From NCBI GenBank assembly GCA_963777005.1, contig CAVZPC010000008.1, positions 1,781 through 65,780 on the forward strand: a DNA stretch of 64,000 nt, in the 5' to 3' direction. Shown one piece after another: positions 57,126 through 64,000 of the stretch (positions are counted from its first letter, which is position 1; each line of letters begins with the position of its first letter). Under the pieces are notes generated by a model. It ran no database searches, was not told the origin of the DNA, and saw only the letters and a program-made list of their open reading frames with translations. The DNA is from an uncultured Acidobacteriaceae bacterium (GTDB lineage: Bacteria > Acidobacteriota > Terriglobia > Terriglobales > Acidobacteriaceae). A program made the translations under genes and the position numbers.

Positions 57126-59507
57126 TCAGGGATGTTTCGATCCTCCGAAAGGTTCGGAAAACTGGACAGACACAGTTTCTGGCAAAGTTTCAAGCCAATT
57201 CCACTGCAAACGGGCACCCTCAGTACGCAGCAAGTCGTATTCGTTGATAGGACGGTCGTCTTGCACAGCGGGGGCAGCGCTATATAGGGCGACCACTCTC
57301 GAGACGGGAACTTCCCGCTTCAACATGGCCGCGAACATCTTTTCAGCGGTTGGTACAGGCCCCCATTCTACCAAGTCCGCAGCTGCACTCGGCGGCATGC
57401 GTTTCGCCAGTTCAGACGCGGACCGAGAAGGTATCGGCTGGCGGCTGGCAAAGTAGTGGATGCCCACACCCTCGATCGAAATAAACGCGCGGACGTAGGG
57501 GAACGATTCCGTCAAGGCGCGAGCCACGGCGGCGGTGGTGACTAAATCTCCGCCGGGGTACCATTGCTGCAGGATGCCATCCGGCCGCAATCGCTTCTTG
57601 GCAGCGGAGTAGAACTCGCGAGAGTAAAGCAGGCTCGAGCCTGCCGCAGCGATTGGCGGGGGCGGATCGATTAAGATCACATCGTACTGTCCCGTGGTTC
57701 GCTCCAGAAAACGCCGGCCGTCATCCACCACAACGTGTGAGCGTGGTGACTTCAGCAATTGCGCGGCGTCCGCATGGTAGTACCCGAAAAGAGCCGGCAC
57801 GCTCGGGACCAGATCCACGACCGTGGAATCGATTCCCCAGGACAATGCCGTGCGGTGCGTCGTGCCCATGCCGAAGCAAATGACCAAGGCGTTCTGCGGA
57901 GGACGGTCGAGGAGGGCCAAGGACATGCTGGCCATCACTTTGGTGATGGGCGTCAGGTAGGTCATGCTCACACCGTTAACGTAAAGCCGCTTATCCGTTC
58001 CCTGGCCGGCCGCCATGACAGTGGCCGTGCTGTCACGGCGTACCTGCGCCCCCGGAAACTGTTCCACATATCCCTGCGTCTTGAAGATCAAGATGAAGGA
58101 AGCAAACAAAATCACGATGAAGATTCTCACCCGCCGAGCGGTGAAGCGTTTTGCCGAGCCAGGCTGTCGGGATGATAATGCGAGCAACAGGGCGACCAGC
58201 AACCAGGGAAGAGCAAGCGTCACTAAAGCGTAGCGCTCGTCGAGATAAGGCAACAAAATAAAACCCGCGACCAATGGACCCAGGATGCAGCCGGCAACGT
58301 TTACCGCGTAGCCGATTCCGGCTCGGTCCGGGTCTCCCTCCGAGAAACGGTCGACCAGCATCGGAGTCAGGAATCCCAGAAGACCGCTGAACGCCGCGAT
58401 ACCGATGGGCACACGCAGCCAGGACGAAAGAATCGTCAGGCGCGGGTCAGCCGTAAGTAGAGGGAGCAAGGCCGCCAGCCAAACGAATAACCAGACGAGA
58501 CTTCCCTCGCCACTGTGGCGACGGCTCCAGTCGCGGTACACCTTGGATCCGATAAACGTCGCGGCCAGATAAACGCCCAGGATGGATGCGAACGAATAGA
58601 CGAGGTTGCCGACATAAATTGTGTATTCCCGGGTCCAGACCATCTCCATGCCCATGCTGGTGAGTCCGGTGGCGAATAGTAGCCAAAGCGTGCTGTTCCC
58701 GAACATCTGGCGCAAAGCGGGAAAGGCTTGGCCAAGGGCATCCGGTTCGATTTCGTCATGGTTGCTCGCTTGCGGAGTCCGCTTCTTCGCGATCTTAAGA
58801 GCAACGCCGCAAACCAGGAGATTGAGCACCATCCCTAACCGCAGAGAGGTGGTAAAGCCGAAGAGTTCGATCAACAGCAACGGAATCGATGCTCCCACTA
58901 CGGCGCCAAGGACATTCGCGAGATAAAGAAAGCTGAAGGAGCGTCGCGATTCAAGGCTTTTGTCACTACGGATGGCAAACATGCCCAGGGGAATGGTTGC
59001 GCCCATGCACGCACACCACGGAACCAGACTGCACGCCACCCAGAAACCCGCAGCAACGTAATAACCCGATGACGATAGCGAGAGGCTGTTCCCCAAATGC
59101 TCCAACACCCAGCGGCCGAGCAGCAGTTCCAATGGCACGACTACGGCGGAACAACCAATGAACAACTCGGCCATGGCGTAAAGATGCAACGGAGGAGAGG
59201 TGAGACGTCGCGCGTACTTGCGCACCAGATGCCCCGCGGCCCATGAGCCGATGCCTAGTCCCGCCATGAAACTGGAGAGCACAATCGACACCATGGCCGT
59301 GGTAACACCAAATTGCGCCATGGCCAGGCGAAGCCAAATCAGTTCGTAGAGAATGCTGCAGAATCCGGAGATGAAGAAGAATGCAAAATACCAGGTCCAG
59401 CCCTTCGTCATCCGGCTGCTCGTGGTAAGGGCGATTTCTTCCCGTTGTTTCGCCCCAGCTTCAGGGGGAAGAGCTTCCACTGGTGTTGGCATCGTTTCAG
59501 TGCTCAC
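57126..59507 (-). CDS. Fused polytopic membrane (MFS-like) / spermidine-synthase-like protein
   Basis: 793 aa. About 480 hydrophobic N-terminal residues are followed by a methyltransferase-fold region (ALVICFGMGTTH, YDVILIDPPPP, SREFY). Confidence 0.8.
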   Translation of the reverse strand: MSTETMPTPVEALPPEAGAKQREEIALTTSSRMTKGWTWYFAFFFISGFCSILYELIWLRLAMAQFGVTTAMVSIVLSSFMAGLGIGSWAAGHLVRKYARRLTSPPLHLYAMAELFIGCSAVVVPLELLLGRWVLEHLGNSLSLSSSGYYVAAGFWVACSLVPWCACMGATIPLGMFAIRSDKSLESRRSFSFLYLANVLGAVVGASIPLLLIELFGFTTSLRLGMVLNLLVCGVALKIAKKRTPQASNHDEIEPDALGQAFPALRQMFGNSTLWLLFATGLTSMGMEMVWTREYTIYVGNLVYSFASILGVYLAATFIGSKVYRDWSRRHSGEGSLVWLFVWLAALLPLLTADPRLTILSSWLRVPIGIAAFSGLLGFLTPMLVDRFSEGDPDRAGIGYAVNVAGCILGPLVAGFILLPYLDERYALVTLALPWLLVALLLALSSRQPGSAKRFTARRVRIFIVILFASFILIFKTQGYVEQFPGAQVRRDSTATVMAAGQGTDKRLYVNGVSMTYLTPITKVMASMSLALLDRPPQNALVICFGMGTTHRTALSWGIDSTVVDLVPSVPALFGYYHADAAQLLKSPRSHVVVDDGRRFLERTTGQYDVILIDPPPPIAAAGSSLLYSREFYSAAKKRLRPDGILQQWYPGGDLVTTAAVARALTESFPYVRAFISIEGVGIHYFASRQPIPSRSASELAKRMPPSAAADLVEWGPVPTAEKMFAAMLKREVPVSRVVALYSAAPAVQDDRPINEYDLLRTEGARLQWNWLETLPETVSVQFSEPFGGSKHP

Positions 59508-59773
59508 AGGTTACTCATTAGTGTCGGGGAACTCAAATCCATCCGGGTTAGTGATCTTGGTGACGAACTGCTCGCTCAAGTCTCGCAGCCAATTACAGAG
59601 TGCAGGCAGACATAACCTGCTGTCACGTAACGAAGGTCACCGGCTCCGACGAGCCTCGACCTCGTCGAATCCGCGCAGCGCCATCCGGTGAAGAAGCTCC
59701 CCTTCTAGATGGTATTGCTTTTCATCATTGTTGTCTTAAACGTGGCAGGCTGGTCTCTCCTCAAGCCGGAGAG

Positions 59774-62170
59774 CTATGGCGTCCCATACAGCTGCTTATA
59801 CACGCTGGCATTCCTAAGAATGGCCTGCACATATTCCCGTGTCTCGGTGAAGGGAATCGATTCGACGAACTCCTGTGGATCGCGGTATTTCCCTTGGGCG
59901 AGCCACTCGTTCACTCGGTCCGATCCCGCGTTGTAGGCGGCGAGCGCGTACTCGAACGATCCACCAAATTTATCGACCATCCCTCGGAAATAGCGCGTAC
60001 CCAATTGCATATTCACCGCCGGCGTGTACAACTGGCTGGCGTTATAGCGCTTCAGCTTCGATTCCTTCGCCACAAGTTTGCCGGTCTTAGGCAGCAACTG
60101 CATCAATCCAACCGCATTGGCTCGCGAAACTGCGACGGGATTGAACTCAGACTCTTGCCGGATCAGGGATGCGACAAGATACGGATCCAGCCCATTGGCC
60201 GCCGAATATCGTTTCAGATCGGCCCAATAGGGTTTCGGAAAGAGCGCCTCCCAATATTTTCGCGGCAAATCCGGGATATCGAGGGCAAAGTAGTTGGGTG
60301 CGGAGTGCTTCATGTACTCGATGGCGCGGTCGTAGTGCCCAGTCTCCAAGTAGAGCTGAGCGGTCTCTGCGGGCGCCCAGCTTCCACCGTCGGTGGAAGC
60401 TGCGGCTTGCAATTCACGCACCGCAAAATCAACCAGCCCGCCATTCGCCAGCAGCTCTGCTTTCTGCACGTGCAGGTCGTCCGAGGGCGGTTCCGAATCC
60501 GTGACTTTGCCACTGCTGTCGAGCGGAGGGATGTGATCGAGCAGGGCATATTGCGTGGTTGCATCCCCGACAGCAGGGAGACTCTTCAATCTCTGCCTGG
60601 CCAGTTCGGCATAATAGAAGTTGCGATAACGGTCCGAAAGCTTTTGATAGAACGCGCGTGCCATCGCGAACTGATTGTCTTCTTCAGCCAGACGGGCGCG
60701 CCAATAGAGCGCCGCCGGAGTTTCCCCGCCAGATGGATAGAGCGCGATTTGTTCTTCGAAGGCTTTCTTGGCATCCTCATTGCGGCCTTGCCGCAAGGTG
60801 AGCCAGGCCGCCTTCCAATGCACGTAGGAAGCCCGGGGACCATCGGGAAAACGCTGCTGCGCCTCACGAAATGCGTCCAGGGCCTGGTCATACTCGTGAT
60901 GGACCAGATGCAAGTTGGCCGCTGAGAGCAGTGCCTGCTCCAGCCACAGGCTCGTCGGATCTGCCTGGCGCAACTCGTTGACCGTCCGGTAGAAGGTGTC
61001 GTTATCATTCGCGGCGAAGGCGACTTGGCCCAGAAGATACAACCGCTGTGCGTCCAGTTCACCGCTCAGAGAACCGAGCGAATCGAGCACCTGCTTGGCA
61101 TCACGATTCCGGCCAGCGCGGTGTAAAGCGTCGGCCAACGCTAGTTGCATTTTAGGCCGCTCGTCCGGGCTGGTGGCATTCACCAGGTTTCGATATTCGT
61201 CCGCCGCATCGGTATAGCGGTGCCTGCTGATCAGCGCTTCGGCTCGAGTTTTAAGTTGGGCAACAGTTGGCGGCGGAGCCGACGGCAGCTTTCTCAACTC
61301 GGCGTACGCCGCGTCGGCCTCGGTAGCGGCGGGCATGGTGTAGTAAATATTTCCCAGCGTCTCGGCGGCTTTCGCAGTTTGCCCGGACGCGGCGTAAGCA
61401 CGCCCTAGAGCAAACTCCACATCCGAACGGATCGGCAGACGAATCCGTTCCAGCAAAGAGGTTGCCTCTGCTGCCTGCCCTTCAAGCAGCACCGCATCGG
61501 CATAGCTCACCTCGGCATCACGTACCAGTAGAGAATCAGGATGCGCTTTGGCGAAGTCCGCCAAATTCGCCAAGGCTTCCGCCGTGTGTCCGGTTTCCAG
61601 GTAGGAAGTTCCGAGATAGTAAGCGACGTAATCGCCCAGATCTCCCGCGTGGAGCTTGGCGCGGTTCAGAGGGTCGATCGCTTTGCCATAGTCTTTATCC
61701 AACACATGCGCATAGCCGAGCACGAGCCAGGCCAACGCTCCCGCGTCTTCCTTGGCATGGGTAAGGGCGTACGCCTGCACTCCGGCATAGGCGGGTTTCG
61801 AACGATCCTGCAAGAGCTGTTCCGCCATGGGCCGTAAACTGGTCGATTCCACGAAGGCCTGCCGCATGCGCCGGACGCGCGGAGAAACCGTGCGCGGCTT
61901 CCGGGCATTGACATAATGATGTTTGGTGCTTCTGGCGGAGTTTTTCTTGCGGGAAGATGCTTTCTTTGGAGGATTCTTTTTCGGAGTGCTATCGGTTGCT
62001 GCGGCCGGCGCAGCTTGAGCCGGCTTTTCCGCAGAAGGGACCGCTTGTTCCTGAAGTGAAGCGGACAAAAAAGATGAAGGCACTTCTGCCGAAGCCGGCA
62101 GAGCGCCATATAAGCTACAGAGAACTGCAGCTACGATTACCCACCCAACCTTGGAACCTGATCGAACCAC
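59774..62170 (-). CDS. slt: Soluble lytic murein transglycosylase (Slt70-like: superhelical repeats + SLT domain)
   Basis: Signal peptide and a long TPR-like region, then the C-terminal SLT motifs (IRQESEFNP, GLMQLLP, AAYNAG). Confidence 0.85.
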   Translation of the reverse strand: MVRSGSKVGWVIVAAVLCSLYGALPASAEVPSSFLSASLQEQAVPSAEKPAQAAPAAATDSTPKKNPPKKASSRKKNSARSTKHHYVNARKPRTVSPRVRRMRQAFVESTSLRPMAEQLLQDRSKPAYAGVQAYALTHAKEDAGALAWLVLGYAHVLDKDYGKAIDPLNRAKLHAGDLGDYVAYYLGTSYLETGHTAEALANLADFAKAHPDSLLVRDAEVSYADAVLLEGQAAEATSLLERIRLPIRSDVEFALGRAYAASGQTAKAAETLGNIYYTMPAATEADAAYAELRKLPSAPPPTVAQLKTRAEALISRHRYTDAADEYRNLVNATSPDERPKMQLALADALHRAGRNRDAKQVLDSLGSLSGELDAQRLYLLGQVAFAANDNDTFYRTVNELRQADPTSLWLEQALLSAANLHLVHHEYDQALDAFREAQQRFPDGPRASYVHWKAAWLTLRQGRNEDAKKAFEEQIALYPSGGETPAALYWRARLAEEDNQFAMARAFYQKLSDRYRNFYYAELARQRLKSLPAVGDATTQYALLDHIPPLDSSGKVTDSEPPSDDLHVQKAELLANGGLVDFAVRELQAAASTDGGSWAPAETAQLYLETGHYDRAIEYMKHSAPNYFALDIPDLPRKYWEALFPKPYWADLKRYSAANGLDPYLVASLIRQESEFNPVAVSRANAVGLMQLLPKTGKLVAKESKLKRYNASQLYTPAVNMQLGTRYFRGMVDKFGGSFEYALAAYNAGSDRVNEWLAQGKYRDPQEFVESIPFTETREYVQAILRNASVYKQLYGTP

Positions 62171-62214
62171 TTTTAACTTTTCGCGTAGACGAGACTGCCA
62201 GAGAAACTCAAAAA

Positions 62215-63348
62215 TTAACGGCGGAAATTCGGACCCATGATGGAGACGTCGTCTTCCGCTAGACTGCGCACCAGCTCGTTCTGAAAATAGTCGCCACTGG
62301 CCGCCACCGTGCTGCCATAACGCTTGTGGAACGTGCCGCGGCTCTTATCGATATCTTCCTTCAAGCGGTCGTATAAATCCTTATTACGCCGGCCCTCTGC
62401 AACTTTTGCCTGGTTGTAAAGCTTGATTTCGTCCACCAGCAGGCGTGCGAAGCGTTGCGCTTTACGATGAATGTCGGCATCTGCGGGCGAGAGTCCAGCC
62501 AACGGATCAGTAGCGGCAGCCGGTGCAGCGGCGCTCGCCCCATGCGCCGAAGCCACTTCAACAACTTCGGCTGCGGGTTCGGGCTCCGGCACACGGTGAG
62601 CGGGAACATGCTTGGGAGCGTGCGCGGCGAAAGGATCGGAAAAAGAAGAAACGGTTTGCACCGGCGGAGCAGATCTTTCGACCGCGACTCCCGCATCGCC
62701 ATCTTCTCTGGCCGCGACTTGTTTCCGCAGTGAAATTACTTCCAGCCAGGCGCTGGTCGCGAGTACCAGCAATTCCAGGGAATCAGAACTCAGTTTGCCG
62801 GTGTCGCCGCCGTCGGCGTAAACCAGGGCAGCCACCTTATCCTTGAGCGCAAGCGGCAATACCAGTACCTGCTCATTCGCTGGAGCGCCAAATTGCCCTA
62901 CGAATTGTCGGCCCATCTCCGCGATGTTGCCCGGCGTCGCCACGCGATTCTGATAAGTATGAGCCACCGGCCCGGCATTCAAGTCGAGCGGAAAATCTTT
63001 CACCGCCTCCTCATCGCCAAAGCCGCGAGACTGCCAGCCGGAAGCCGCTCCCGCTTTCACCACGAATAGTGCGATGCGTGAACAGTGCTCACTGCCCGCA
63101 TCCAACAAAGCTCGCAGAATTTCTTTTTGCGTGGACCCTGCATGAATACTTGCGACTGCATGAACCAGCGTGCCAGAGCTTTCTCGCGGAGCGCCGGGAG
63201 CTTCGCCTTCGGAAGCGGGCAAGGCCTCCAGCACCCGCTGCGCAATCTGTTCCTGCAATTTTGGAATCTGATCCTGAAGGGTTTGAGACACGGCACGCGC
63301 CACAATCTGTTCGATCTCTTGTCCCTGATTCTGGTTCCGTTCCGCCAT
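62215..63348 (-). CDS. Hypothetical protein with a GAF-like central region and a conserved-looking basic C-terminal helix region
   Basis: 377-aa ORF starting 44 nt upstream of slt on the same strand. The central region looks like a GAF fold, and the C-terminus reads HRKAQRFARLLVDEIKLYNQ. Confidence 0.6.
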   Translation of the reverse strand: MAERNQNQGQEIEQIVARAVSQTLQDQIPKLQEQIAQRVLEALPASEGEAPGAPRESSGTLVHAVASIHAGSTQKEILRALLDAGSEHCSRIALFVVKAGAASGWQSRGFGDEEAVKDFPLDLNAGPVAHTYQNRVATPGNIAEMGRQFVGQFGAPANEQVLVLPLALKDKVAALVYADGGDTGKLSSDSLELLVLATSAWLEVISLRKQVAAREDGDAGVAVERSAPPVQTVSSFSDPFAAHAPKHVPAHRVPEPEPAAEVVEVASAHGASAAAPAAATDPLAGLSPADADIHRKAQRFARLLVDEIKLYNQAKVAEGRRNKDLYDRLKEDIDKSRGTFHKRYGSTVAASGDYFQNELVRSLAEDDVSIMGPNFRR

Positions 63349-63765
63349 GCTGAAGACCGTTTTTCCCTTAAAAATTGCGCCTGTCTGTTACCCGCAGCCG
63401 TAGGACGGCCCTAAATGCTGATTATACGGCACTTGTGGGACGAGCCCAGAGTACTTCGGTACCTGTTCGACCGCGCGACCGCGAACTTCGACTCTAACGC
63501 AAATCTCTCGGCGGTAAAAGCCCGATCACGGTTGCAGGATTAGCATCTTGACACCGGTACGATGCGTGGGATGTTGGCTGTTCCAAACGGAACGAGTGCG
63601 GCGGGCGTACGGTTCCCGGTCACGCCGCAATCGAAGCGAGCAAGTAACCCTGGGTCAGCCTGAACGGGCGATTGGGCAAATCCACACCTTCCCAAGTAGA
63701 ATGATCATTACCTTGGTGTGCCGCAATTTTGTGAGTCGCAATCAAAATACTGCATCGTCGAGAGA

Positions 63766-64000
63766 ATGGGAGCCATCCAAAACAAACTAGAGGGGCCTGT
63801 CAGTGATGAGTTGACACTGGTGCGGGCCGCCAAGCAAGGCGACGACTCAGCATTTGAAGAGTTGGTGCGCAGGTACGATCGCAACGTTTTTCGGATCGCA
63901 CAACACATCACGCAAAACCGCGAAGATGCGGAAGATGTGGTGCAGGAAGCGTTTCTGAAGGCGTACAGCAACCTGGCGAAATTCCAGGAGCAGTCGAAGT
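63766..64000 (+). CDS. ECF-type sigma-70 factor, 5' partial (runs off the window)
   Basis: Frame 1 from the ATG at 63766 reads MGAIQNKLEG...LVRAAKQGDDSAFEELVRRYDRNVFRIAQHITQNREDAEDVVQEAFLKAYSNL, which is sigma region 2. Confidence 0.8.
   Translation, partial: MGAIQNKLEGPVSDELTLVRAAKQGDDSAFEELVRRYDRNVFRIAQHITQNREDAEDVVQEAFLKAYSNLAKFQEQSK

Noticed and set aside
63349-63765. Promoter motifs for the ECF sigma gene (TGGGCA-N18-TAGAAT near 63672-63707, and GGAAC/GAACTT-like -35 boxes) and a possible small RNA in the 417-bp gap.
   Set aside because: The matches are partial, with non-optimal spacing, and several alternatives fit equally well. There is no terminator-like structure to delimit an sRNA.

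Overview
This is a chromosomal segment that looks acidobacterial: roughly 57-60% GC by eye, with TPR lipoproteins, a giant SBBP-propeller surface protein, stand-alone PilZ genes, sigma54 activators and a cupredoxin/CarboxypepD_reg-type protein. I call about 55 protein-coding genes (3 of them disrupted), a few intrinsic terminators and some promoter-like elements. The content is mostly housekeeping, envelope and regulatory. In order: proBA, a PSMA-like M28 peptidase, thiC, a B12-binding radical SAM enzyme, M13 and M48 peptidases, ppa, and system I cytochrome c maturation genes (ccmE, then ccmABCD). A regulatory island follows at 19.7-30.6 kb with three PilZ genes, two sigma54 enhancer-binding proteins, a soluble histidine kinase, an AraC regulator and a 1152-aa surface protein. 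After it come a TPR lipoprotein, a sedolisin, an APC permease operon, two orphan nuoB paralogs around ino1-M48-gltA, XdhC/MocA-like accessory genes, an atypical IscU-like gene, mutT, mntH, lspA, slt and the 5' end of an ECF sigma gene. I saw no rRNA, tRNA, CRISPR array, transposase, integrase, phage gene or recognisable defence gene (restriction, Cas, abortive infection, toxin-antitoxin), so this is probably not a classical mobile or defence island. The best candidate for something undescribed is at 26.9-29.4 kb: a sigma54 activator with no sensor domain, bracketed by single-domain PilZ (c-di-GMP receptor) genes, with -24/-12-like elements in front of two of the units. Secondary points are a Cys-type (CxxxY) CcmE, a ccm cluster split by an orphan secreted-protein gene, two orphan nuoB genes, an IscU-like protein missing its third Cys ligand, a zinc-ribbon/APC-permease/Clp_N operon, and six frame-breaking indels confined to 1.7-4.6 kb. 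All family assignments come from motifs read in the supplied translations. No database search was run.
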